A stretch of 64,000 nt of DNA from positions 13,020,001 to 13,084,000 of the forward strand of contig JBHGNT010000001.1 in the NCBI GenBank assembly GCA_043228905.1, given 5' to 3'. The DNA is from Azolla caroliniana (taxonomy: Eukaryota > Plantae > Polypodiophyta). Of the stretch, positions 46,601-58,507 are shown one piece after another; the first letter of the stretch is position 1; every line of letters starts with the position of its first letter. Position numbers and translations under genes: made by a program. The notes under the pieces are model-generated. The model was given only the letters and a program-made list of their open reading frames with translations, searched no databases and was not told the origin of the DNA.

Positions 46601-48332
46601 GTCTCCGATCGCGGAAGCCTCGATTACACTTGCCGCCTCCTCTTCCTCGATCTCCTTGTCGTTGTCTTCGTTGCCTGCCTTGCCGCCGCCACCGTTCATC
46701 ACTCTAGGTTTCACACCGGCTCTTGGGCCGGACGCCGGAGTCTCTAGAATCGGTGTGGGTAAGGTCTCGGCACCACCGCTCGTCTCCTCCCCGCTTGATG
46801 TTTCGGGCCACCATGTCCTGAATCCTCCGCCCACTCTCGAAGTGGCGCTCCCCGCTTCGTAGTCACTGGCCTCATCCATGGCCATCCCTTTTCCGCAAGA
46901 CGAGAGGGTTGCTTGCTCCGCACCCTCTCCCACGTAGTCGTTGCACGCTCTTCCGGCCTCCGCATAGGCCCCATCGTCCACACATAGGGAGGTTTCTTCC
47001 TCCGCATCCTCCGATCGTCTCTGGCCCACCTCCATAATAAGCCCTTCTTCGGCTTCGAACTTCGCCTTCACGCTCTCGCACACCTCCCATACCAACGCCT
47101 CTAGGTCGTACTCCTCCGGTTGATCGCGTGTCGAGCTCTCTTCCGGCGGTAGTGCGTGGCCGCTCACCGCCCTCTCTTCTCCGCCGCTCGCGGGCCATGT
47201 TGTTTCCGACCGCTTCCCATCAGGTTGTCGGCATACCCACTCTGGTTTCGTGTATCCATATGCCTCCAATAAAGCTCCCTCAAGGGACTCCCATGACTCG
47301 TGAGCTTCTTGAAGCTCCTTGACCTGTTTGTGCACTGATACGGCCGCCACTCGACGAAAATATTCTTACCGCATCTCTTTGTCCATGCCCCTCTTCGTTA
47401 TCTCGGCATTGTACGCTTCCAAGAACCTCAGGACATCGTCCCCGTTGAATCGGCCAACTCGATCAACCACCCTCTCGACGGCTTGTTAAGTCGCATCTCG
47501 CCTCACCTTCCGTCAAGCATCCATCACAATCTTCGCCATCATCTCCGCAAAGTCGAAGTCTTCGTCTTCCGTCTTCATCCTCCCTTGCCGCCTCTTCACA
47601 TCAAGTTCACCAAATATGTCCCGTATTTCCGCGCGTGCGTGTAGAATAAGGCAGGACCACGGGGGCCTCGAACTAGGGAGTAGATGGGAAGACGGGTATG
47701 AGCAAAGTGGAACAGATTAACACGATAGAAAAAGTAGAAAGAGACAAGATTTATGAAGTTATTTATATGATGGGCATGAAAGCCGCCATGCGATTACAAC
47801 CGCGGCCGCGTGGGCTGGACTCAAAACATAAGTAGAGTGTAAACCCTAATCAAATAAGTAAAGAAAGAGATGAAGAAACCCTAGTAGAAACCCTAAACCG
47901 AATAGAAACCCTCGACCTAAGTGGTATACCTCTTCTCACTCAAAATAGGCAACCCTTCAATGGTGCCCCTTCCTCTCCTTTTATAGCATAAGGAGAGAAA
48001 GTTGTTACAAAAAGGAGAGACTAAATATCCCCTTCATTCAATGGGGATATTTGCTTAGATTCTAGGAGGAGGGATTGATGGGGTCTTAGCTCCCACTCCT
48101 CACACATACTACTATGCCCATTACTCACCTCGTATTCTACAAAGTGCACATCAAATTTATGCCTCTACGAACTTCGTGGTGTACCTTTAGCACCTTAGAT
48201 TATTACCCTTCCCATTACATTCTGCTTACTTATTCTTATTACACAAATTTACAAGTGCACGTGCAACATTGCACATCCCCATTTTATTTGTCCCTCCCGG
48301 TTTTCTCACCGTAGCCAGAAATCTTCACGACA
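43602..48332 (-). mobile_element. Non-autonomous Trp-family gypsy derivative F
   Basis: LTRs 43602-44318 and 47617-48332; degenerate Trp PBS ~47596-47612; PPT GGTGGGGGCGGA; TSD CCGG 43598-43601 / 48333-48336; gag N-terminus from ATG 47578; no recognisable RT. Confidence 0.9.
45750..46790 (-). repeat. 231-bp tandem repeat (~4.5 copies) encoding 77-aa repeats in the element F gag-derived ORF
   Basis: TAGAA(C/T)CGG recurs at 45821, 46052, 46283, 46514 and 46745. Confidence 0.9.
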
Positions 48333-48359
48333 CCGGAGACACGCACTAGAGGTGCCTTT

Positions 48360-50568
48360 TGTCACAGACACACCAAGCGCAGACTCAAACGGAGCACGGA
48401 TGATGGGGCTACGAGCATGGAACTTAAGAAGCTAGGAATGACACAAGAGCAGGAAGACAGAGATGAAGGAGGAGACAAGATGGAATGAAATGAGCATACT
48501 AGATTGATGGGTCAATAACTGGTGTTAAATCCCTTGAAAAGGGACGAAGGAGGTTACAAGTATTTATATATGTTCCGAGATTGAATATCTCTAGAATATA
48601 CTGGAGAAATATCTTTAGAATATACTCGTCTAAAATATGTCGTACAATATTTCTAGAATATACTATTGACTAGAATATTCTGATTCTTAAAATTTACTAC
48701 GTGATAGACTATAGAATACTAAAGTTTTATATACAAATGCATGCTCATATCAAGATGGTTGAGAATGACATCTTGTAGTTGTGAGGTTGCAAGTTCAATC
48801 CTCACTAATTACGTATTTGACATCATTGTGTCGTGACATTATCCTCCCCTTTACGGCCGCCTTTTCGAAAGTGTGGTGTAGGGGTGGGCGGGGATTGGAG
48901 CACTGACAAGCGTGAGGAATCATATATTGTCCTCACCGGAGACTAGAACACCAATGGACATGAGTGACCATGTGCAGTCCTCCCCGGAGATTGGAACACT
49001 GAGGGTGTGAGCGATCATGTACAGTTCTCACCAAAGATTTGAACCCCGACGGGTGTGAGCGACCATGTGTGGCCCTCACCGGAGATTTGAACCCAAACGG
49101 GTGTGAGCGACCATGTGTGGCCCTTACTGAAGACTTGAACCTAGACGGGTGTGAGCAACCATGTGTGGCCCTCACCGAAGACCACAACATGAACAAACAT
49201 GAGACACCATGTGCGGTCCTCACCGGGAACATGAACAAGCATGAGCGACCATCACTGGGAACTCGAACACGAACGAGAGTGAGCGACCATGCGACCCTCA
49301 CTGGGAACTCAAACATGAATGAGAGTGAGTGACCATGTGGCCCTCACCGAGAACTCGAACAGGAATGAGAGTGAGCGACCATGCGGCCCTCATCGGGAAC
49401 TCGAACGCGAACGGGCGTGCGCGACCATGCGGCCCTCACTGGGAACTCGAACACGAATGGGCATGAGTGACCATGTGTGGCCCTCACCGGGAACTCAAAC
49501 ACGAATGAGCGTGAGCAAACACATGTGGTCCTCATCGGGAACTAGAACATGAACAACGTGAGTGAACACGTGTAGTTCTCATTGGGAACACAAACAGCAA
49601 CGGGCGAAGGAGTGCAAGTGAAGCAGTTGACTCGACTTCTTCTATTATGAGAGGGTAAATAGTCTAGGTTAACCCAAAACACGGCACGAACGGTAGTGCT
49701 AGCGAGAAACCAACGCGATCCTCACTAGGAAAGTGAGTAGTTGTGATCCCCACTGAACTAGAAGGTGAGCGATTGAAATCGGTCCTCGTCAAAGGAAAGT
49801 GGCACGAGACTTGAACTAAAATGAAAATGGAGTGCAAGCGAGCAATGATTCGATCCCCACCAAGAAAGTGAGTGGTTGTAACCCCCACCAAAACTGGGAA
49901 GGTGAGCGATCAAAAGCAATCCTCACCAAAATCGTGATGCAAAATGATACCTATAAATGATAACAAGTAGTGTTGATTACGATGAAGGTTGGGCGAAGAG
50001 GTGTTGAAACCGATGATGTCGAAGACTAGGATGTTGATGACGGTAACACTGGAAGCAAAGACGATAACAAAGAGGGGTGATGCTTCCAGTTGGAAGGGAT
50101 TCAAATTGTCACAAACACGCCAAGCACGGACTCAAACGGAGCACAAATGATGGGGCTATGAGCGTGGAACTTAAGAAGCTAGGAATGACACAAGAGCATA
50201 AAGACATAGATGAAGGAGGAGACAAGATGGAATGAAATGAGCATACTAGATTGATGTGTCAATGACTGGTGTTAAATCCCTAGAAAATGGACTGAGGTTA
50301 CAAGTATTTATACATGTTCCAAGATTGAATATCTCTAGAATATACTGGAGAAATATATCTAGAATATACTCGTCTAGAATATGTCGTACAATATTTCTAG
50401 AATATACTACTAACTAGAATATTCTGATTCTGAAATGTATTATATGCTAGACTATAGAATACTAAACTATTATATACAAATGCATGCTCATATCAAGATG
50501 GTTGACCATGACATCTTGTAGTTGTGAGGGTGCAGGTTCAATCCTCACTAACTACGTATTTGACATCG
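48360..50568 (-). mobile_element. Small non-coding LTR element G (TRIM/LARD-like, chromovirus-type ends)
   Basis: LTRs 48360-48838 and 50107-~50568 (outer ~13 bp missing); PPT AGGGGAGGATAA at 48839-48850; TSD CCTTT 48355-48359 / 50569-50573; interior made of repeats only. Confidence 0.85.
48930..49590. repeat. ~46-48-bp minisatellite (~14 copies) inside element G
   Basis: Unit like CCGGAGATTTGAACCCAAACGGGTGTGAGCGACCATGTGTGGCCCTCA (49035 vs 49083). Confidence 0.88.
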
Positions 50569-52101
50569 CCTTTCAAGTACCGAAATATCCATTTGGTCGC
50601 CGCCCAATGCTCCTTGGAGGGATTGCTCATCAATCGAGTGACAACTTCGAGTGCATATGCGATGTCCGGCCTAGTGCAAACCATTGCATGCATCAGGCTT
50701 CTGACTATTGAGGCATACAGTATTTTATTCATCTCAGCTTTCAGACATTCCTCATTATTCCTCTCTAGCCGAATGGCTCAGAGGGACGTCTCCGATATGC
50801 TCGATGGGATGAGGGGTGTCGTTGCCCGTTTCGACAACCCCCCCTTGTTCCGGCTTCACTAGAGTCGAGAATCACTCCTTGTGGTTTGTCATATGGTTCG
50901 ATGCTCCGAAATCCATGTACCACACCTCTGTCACGGATTAGTAGACAAGGCTAAATACTAAGAGAGAGCAAGAGCATAAGCAAGAGAACAAGAAAGGAGA
51001 GAGAGAAGAGACAAGATAACAAGAACTAATATTATGCTTCCGTAACTAGTGTTGTTCACCTTGATTGTAATCAAGGTGCACCCGAGTATTTATACAAGAA
51101 TGTGGAGGTATGCATGTAAGCTAGGAAACATTAAAGCAGGAATCGTCTCCAAGGCGGATGATCACATCCCAATCACATCGAAGAAAAGAGTGCATAGTGC
51201 CTCTGAGTCGAGTAGTCCAATGAAGACAACTACTGATTCACTGTCGTCCAAGTATGAAGACTTCGGAGACGTGTTTGCGAAAAAGAATGTTGATCGCTTG
51301 CCCGAGCATCGACCCTATGATTGTCTGATTGATCTGTAAGACGGTGTCGGTTCTCCCTTCGGCCTAATTTATGCATTGTCAAAACCAGAACTCTCGGCGC
51401 TCTGAACTTATCTTGATGATGTCATGGGCTACTTCATTAGCTTTGATTCACCTATTTGAACTCTGAATTCTGATATCATACGAGGACACCAAAAGACCCA
51501 ATTTAGCTTGTTTTACAATTCAGGATAACCTTTTGTTTCGAGATAATCTTTTGTATATCCCAGAAAGACCGTGTCAGACCAGGGTGCTCTAAGAGTGTCA
51601 CGACGATCCACTTGTTGGTCATTTTGGCATTGCGAAAACCTTGGAGTTGATATCTCGCGGGTACTAGTGGATTGAACCATGGAAATTGGTCAAAGAGTTC
51701 GTGAAGTCATGCGATGCATGTGCTCGCTCCAAAGAATCTCATCATCGACCATATGGTCTCCTTAACCTCTCCCAATCCCCAAATGGCCTTGGGCCTCTCT
51801 TTCCATGGATTCCATCACTGACCTTCCCTTTGTTGGTGGCTACGACTTGGTGTTCGTCATGGTCGATCGCTTCACCAAGATGGTCCATTTTGCTCCATGT
51901 GCCAAAACCATTACCAAAGAGGAGACAGCCGATTTGTTTTTCAAAAATGTGGTTCGACTACATGAACTCCCAGATGATATCACTTCTAATTGAGGACCAC
52001 AATTTGTTTCCAATTTCTGGCGGCGCCTTCTGCAAACCTTCGGTTGTACTGTGAATTTATCTTCAGTCTATCATCCACAAACTGATGGACAAACGAAGTG
52101 G

Positions 52102-55100
52102 TGTAAACGATTACTTGCGGAAGCGTTAGAGAACAGAGAAAGCAGAGATACACAAAGTACACGGGAGAGACAGAGAGAGCAGAACGTAAAAGCTATATTC
52201 AAAAACGATATAGACACTCTGTGTTTACAACTGTGCTCAGTAGCACTATTTATACAAGTCCTCGTGGGACTGACAGAAGTACCGCGCACTTCAATGCTCA
52301 CACGAGCATCTGACACTTACTACGAGACTATAACTGCCTAGTAGTCTAAACTAATACCAGGCCTCTGGTTACCGTCTGGATCCGGCTAACCGGCTCCCCA
52401 GCTCACCGGCTCTGTTGCTTGCCGGCTCGGTTGCTCATGGCTTACCGATCCATCTCGCTTGCCGGCTCGGGCTTATTCAGCCGATCCGGCTCCAATTGAG
52501 CTTGCCGCTCAACACTCCCCCTCAAGCTCAACTTGAGGTTGGATCCTAGTGTCAGCCTCTGTGGCAGTCGGTTCTTCTAACCGACTTCTCCTGGCGTCGC
52601 TCCGCCTTGCTCGCACTCCTCGTCCGGTCCGGTTCTGTTTGTCGTGACCCTTCTGGTTTTGCGCGCCTCGACCTTCTCGGTCGGGATGTCTACTCAATAG
52701 GCCCCTCTCAGCTCCTTTGTTGTTATGACTCCAGCGCTTGCCGATCCGTCGGTTCCTCCGCGATGGCATCGACTCTCGCTGCATCCGTGTCTACTTGGCC
52801 TTGAATTGATCCGGTTCTTCCGAATCTGTCTGTTGAACCGAATCGACTGTCTCCGATTCGTTCCAGCTCTTGTCTGAATCGGTTACTCCCGATTCGTCTT
52901 CTGGTTCCAAACCCTTCACCACATCAGACCATGTCCAGGTCTTGGCCTTCTTCCTTCAGTCGGCTCTATCCTTCTTGACTCTGTCGCCGTTGCTGCTTGT
53001 TCCGACTTGTTCGGATGTGTCGACTTCCCTTGTCGACTCAGCTCTTTTCTTCTTCTTGACTCTCCCTTCGTCTATTCTTCCCTCACCGGCGCAATCGGCA
53101 GTCTCTTTGCCTTTGCTCGTTCCGGTGTCTTTGCTCGTTCTCCCCCTCAAGTGTGGCACGTCGAGATGCTGAACACCAAGCATTTCGGTGAAGTGTTGCA
53201 ACTTGTCTGATTCGAGTGGTTTGGTGAAAATGTCGGCAACTTGCCGATCCGTGTGAACATACTAAAGTTTGACCTCACCGCTTAGGACACGCTCACGCAC
53301 GAAGTGCTAGTGCACTTCTATGTGCTTTGTGCGAGCATGGAATACGGGGTTCTTGGCGAGTTGCATGCTGCTTACGTTGTTGCAATAGACCAAAATCGGG
53401 GTCGGTACCTCGATCCATAGGTCTTGCAACAGTCGCCGAAGCCAAATGGCTTCACAGGTGGCAATGGTAGCGCCCCGATACTCAGCCTCAGTGCTCGACA
53501 GAGCAAATGTTAGCTGCTTTTTGCTGCTCCACGCAACAACTGCGCTCCCAAGGGAAAACATAAAACCAGAAGTGGATCTGTGATCCGACACATCGTCGGC
53601 CCAGTCGGCATCCGTGTAACCGACTAGCTCTTCGGTTATACCTCGTTGGTATAACAGTCCCCGGTCCTTCATGCTGCTTACATATCGCAGTATCCGTTGT
53701 GCGCACTGAAGGTGCTCCATGGTCGGCTTCTGCATGAACTGACTTATCATTCCGACCGGATAGCTGATGTCAGGTCACGTGATAGTCAAGTAAATAAGGC
53801 TTCAGACAATTTGTCGGAACCGTTTCTCGTTGCAGGCCGGTCCGGAGTTGGGACGAAGCTTCTGGTTCCGGTCCAAGGGTGTGGAGACAGATCGGCATTC
53901 TATCATGCCGAACTTGGACAGCATATTCAAGACGTAATGCCGTTGTGAGATCAATATGCCGTCGAGGGTTCGGATCACCTCGATCCCAAGAAAATAATGA
54001 AGGTCCCCCAAGTCCTTCATCTCAAATGCGTCCGACAACTGGGACTTGACGCGGTTGACTGCTGGAAGACCCGGTCCGGTGATGACTAAATCATCAACAT
54101 ACAACAGGATACATACCGGACCGGCTGAGCCTTTCCGGATGAACACTTGGAGGCCACAAACCCCATCTTACGCAACCGGTGTGTGATCTTCGTATTCCAA
54201 GCTCGAGGGGCTTACTTCAGGTCGTACAACAACTTCTTCAGCCGGCATACCGCCGACTTCTTCATCTCCAATTGAAAACCAGGGGGCTGAGTCATAAAGA
54301 CTTCTTCTTCAAGATCACCCTGAAGAAACGCATTCTTCACATCCATCTGGTGAAGATGCCACCCCCTTACTGCAGCAACCGCTAGCACCACACGAACCGT
54401 CGTCATCTTCGCTACCGGAGCAAAGGTCTCGTCGTAGTCGATTCCGAGGGTCTGCGCGTATCGCTTCGCCACTAACCGGGCCTTGTACCGGTTAACTGAA
54501 TTGTCGGTGTTGTACTTTACCTTGTACACCCACTTGCATCCGATCGGTTTATAGTGACGGGGAGGGTCAACTAGGTCCCATGTCTCGTTGACATCAAGTG
54601 CCCGTATTTCTTCCTCCATAGCAGCACGCCAATTTGCGTCCTTTGCCGCTTCTGCGTAGCTCTCCGAACGTGTAATACGTTCATCAGCTTCCCCTTCTGT
54701 CCGACGTGGCTCAAAGGGACTTCTCCGACGTGCACGATTGGGTGAGGAGTGTCGTCTCCGGTTTCGAGTACTCCTGGTTGATCCGGTTTCTCCAAAAAGG
54801 AGAACCACTCTTTGTGGTTCGTCATGTGGTTCAACGCACCGGAATCAACATACCACACTTCCTCCGATTTGGAAGTGGTCTTCTTCATCGGGTTCGCCTC
54901 ATGCTTCATCACCAAGGCTGGCCCGTTACCATTCTTGGATCCTCCCGATCCCTTCGCGTAGTGCGAGCTTTGCCGGCCATCCTTGCCGGCCTTGCCAGAT
55001 CTGGATTTGTCTGAATCGACGCGTTTTCTCCAGCACTCGCTCTCTCTGTGGCCCTTTTTGCCACAGTACCAGCATTCCGTTGCAGTCTTTGGACACCTGT

Positions 55101-58100
55101 GGGGGCCTTACGGTAGGAAACCGTCTCCGGCAAAGGTAGAAGCCATCTCCGCGATGAAGGACAACTGCGGGTCGGTTACGGAGGTCCGCAGATTCTTGGG
55201 GGCGTGTGCGTTCTACCACATCTGGATTCCGCACTACGTGCATGTTGCGGAGCCGTTCTACAGGTTATTGAAGAAAGGGCGTAGGTTCGAGTGGAGGACG
55301 GAGCAAACAGAGTCGGTCCGGAGACTAAAGGAGGCACTTACGGTAGCACCAGCTCTCCGTAAAGCGGCTTACGGCAAGGCTGTCCCCATCTACGTGACGG
55401 TGGACACGAGCCCGACCGGGATCGGGTGGGTGATCAACCAAGAGGATGACATGGGCACGAGGTTCCCCATCCGGTTCGGCACCAAGGTCCTTAGTGAGTG
55501 ACAACGAGGATACGCCCAGGTTAAACGCGAACTCTGGGGTATCGTTTCAGCGGTGAAGGCCGATAAAGACTACCTGATCGGGACAGAGGTAATAATCGAT
55601 ACGGACTGCCTGCCGATTCTCGGCATGGTTTCCGGATGCGCGACGTCGGACCTGGCAATGCTCTGATGGATAGCGTACATCAAGTCCCTGAATCTGGAGA
55701 TACGACACATTTCCGGAAAAGACAATGCCATGGCCGACATGCTCTCAAGGGCGAGGTTCGAAAACGAAGACGGCATGGTTTCGGAGGACGAGGAAGTCGG
55801 CGTAGATTTCTTCGAGGCGGCATACGTGACGTCCAGAAAGGGGAGCACCACGGCGCTTAACGAATTCGACGAGAGCAAGTATGACGGGGAGTGGCTCCAG
55901 ATCGGCGGGCTCTTGAAAACAATGACACCGGACGCGGCGTGGACAAAGGAAAGACCAACTGGATCCGGAAGAAAGCGTACTGATTCTTCCTTTGGGACGA
56001 GTACGTATGGAAGCACCCGAAGAAGAGGGACGGCATCCCGCTTCGAGTGGTGGCGAAGAAGGAGGAACAGGAGGAGTTCTTGGAGGCCTACCATGAGAGT
56101 CCCTGGGCCAGACACCGCGGGACGTGGGCCACTTTCGAGAAGCTAAAGGGGAAGTACTGGTGCTCGGGACTGTACCGGGACATGCATCGGTTCGTGATGA
56201 CTTGTGAAAGCTGTCAGATGCACTCCATAGTCCGACACCGGGACGAGCTACACCCGACCTACCCGCCTACGGTCCATTTCAAGTGGATGGTGGACTTGGT
56301 GACGATGCCGATGGGGGTAGGACAGATGCGATACCTAGTGCTTGCACGGGAAGACTTAACGAACCAGGTGGAAGGCCGTGCACTGCAGAACAAGACAACC
56401 GCGGCGGTATGCCGGTTCTTGATCAAAGAGGTAGTGTGTCGGTACGGGTGCGTCGGGAGGATCGTGGCGGACCGGGGATAGCTGGATGCGCGGGAAGCTG
56501 AGGAGTTGTTCGACCGACTAGGCGTCAAACTCTCCCTCACTACGGCGTACAATCCAGAGGCTAACGGGAAGGTGGAGCGCGGACACGGGCCGATCGTCAA
56601 AGCACTAGTACGGGCGTGTGAAGGCCAAGTCGGGAATTGGCCGCGACTGCTACCTTATGCCTTGTGGGCGGACCGAACTATGCACAGTTCGGTAACCGGG
56701 TTCATGCCGGCAGAGCTTATGTACGGACAGAAGTCGATCATGCCAACAGAGCAAACCATCTCCTCATGGGCCACGGTGGACTGGAGAGATGAGATGAGCC
56801 GGGAGGAGCTGCTGGCGGCACGGATTCGATAGCTCGAGCAAAGGCCGGAGGACGTGGAATGAGCCGCGGAGAAGCTTCGGTTGGCAAGGTTGAAGAACAA
56901 AGGGCGGTTTGACCGGTGTCGTGAAGAATTTCGGCCAGAGGCGGAAACCGGGAAACATTGGCTACATCGGCAGGGTGTTGTGTGTGTACGCACCCGTGTA
57001 CATTTAGTGTGAATATCGAGGGCGCCTTTATGGCGCCGAAGAGTAGTCAAGTCGGGGACAGACGATCCCATGTAAGTCGGGATTGTCCCACATTGTAACG
57101 CATCCCCTTCCTTGTTCTATAAAAGGAAGGGAACGCCCTTTGTGTAAGGGTTGCCCATTTTGCATTAGAGGGTATACCGTTAGGTTAGAGTTAGCTTCTT
57201 CTTCTTCTTCTCCTTCATGTTCGCTTAGGGTTTTCTTGCCATCTTCCGGTGCCACCATGACTCCCCCTGCTCCCAGAGGGTCTGGAACTATTGTCGGCAC
57301 ATTCTCTGTGCCTTTGTTCTTGGTCTTGTCGGCCGCCTCCATTGCGTGCCGACCTGCCTCGTCCACCACGCCCATGGGACCGATCCGCTTCCATGTACAA
57401 CATCCGATTGTCAATGGGTGTGCTAGTTGACACACCGGCATGGTTCTCCTCTACAAGGAGCATCGATTGTAAGTCGAAAAATAACGGTGTATTCTCCATT
57501 GTACATACCGCCATTCGGAACGCTCTGAACTTAGACGCCAGGCCCCCAAGACAGACCTGTATCATCTCGTCTTCCTCTACGGTAACGTTGATAGAGGCAA
57601 GCGAGTCACAGATCTCTTTAATTCGGGCCGTGTAATCCGCCACCGACATGTCCTTCTGTCGAACATTGCTTAACTCTTGTCGGAGTTGCAACTTCCGAGC
57701 TGTAGTGCTCGCTGCAAAAACCTTCTTCAGGTTTCCCCAAGCCTCCTTCAGCGTCTTGGCGTCTCGGATGTGGCTCAGCAGCTGGTCTCCGACACTGGAC
57801 GCGAAGCAGTACATCACTCTGCTTGCCGATTGTTCCCACACTGGGAAGTCCTTATGTGCCGCATCAAGTGCTGTTTCGTTGGCTCCTTCGACGAAACTCC
57901 AGTAGCCATGCCCAAGCAGGTACTAGTGCATCTTGTACAACCAAGATGCGTAGTTGGATCTGTCGAGTTTCTCCACAGGGAGCGAGCTAGCCATCCCTCT
58001 ATCCATCACTTCTCTATCTGTTGTTCTTACAACCTGTTAGGGTTTGCTTTCAAGCGTTTGTCGGTTGCAGAGGTTCTCAACCCTCGCGCTCTGATACCAT

Positions 58101-58507
58101 GTGAACGATTACTTGCGGAAGCGTTAGAGAACAGAGAAAGCAGAGAATACACAAAGCACACGGGAGAGAGAGCAGAACGTAAAAGCTATATTCAAAAATG
58201 ATATAGACACTCTGTGTTTACAACTGTGCTCAGTAGCACTATTTATACAAGTCCTCGTGGGACTGACAGAAGTACCGTGTACTTCAATGCTCACACGAGT
58301 ATCTGACACTTACTACGAGACTATAACTGCCTATTAGTCTAAACTAATACTAGGCCTCCGGTTACCGTCTGGATCCGGTTAACCAGCTCCCCAGCTCACC
58401 GGCTCTGTTGCTTGTCGGCTCGGTTGCTCATGGCTTACCGATCCGTCTTGCTTGCCGGTTCGGGCTTATTCAACCGATCCGGCTCCAGTTGAGCTTGCCG
58501 CTCAACA
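52102..58507 (-). mobile_element. Ty1/copia element I (integrase deleted, carries a foreign gypsy insert)
   Basis: LTRs 52102-52514 and 58100-58507; PBS 58088-58099; PPT 52515-52523; TSD AGTGG 52097-52101 / 58508-58512; gag, [13 protein letters not shown] and YTDADWA present. Confidence 0.92.
55091..57233 (+). pseudogene. Trp-family gypsy pol fragment (RT end, RNase H, integrase) plus a half LTR (56917-57233), embedded in copia I gag
   Basis: Near-identical protein to element E (GPYGRKPSPAKVEAISAMK ... LLAARIR); nested LTR start TGTCGTGAAG preceded by CCGG. Confidence 0.88.

Larger units (their letters stand above)
43519..50745 (-). pseudogene. Fragmented copia RT/RNase H remnant (pieces 43519-43601, 48337-48359, 50574-~50745) hosting elements F and G
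   Basis: MVCTRPDIAYA...WIFRYLKG then LEGFTDSNMSAD; the pieces rejoin across TSDs CCGG and CCTTT. Confidence 0.72.

Noticed and set aside
48930-49590. Regularly spaced repeats suggestive of a CRISPR array
   Set aside because: Head-to-tail degenerate units without unique spacers, inside a eukaryotic LTR element, and no cas genes.
50746-51140. Short unassigned segment and a partial inverted LTR-like end starting TGTCACGG at 50929
   Set aside because: No second terminus, TSD or partner could be identified, so it was not called as an element.
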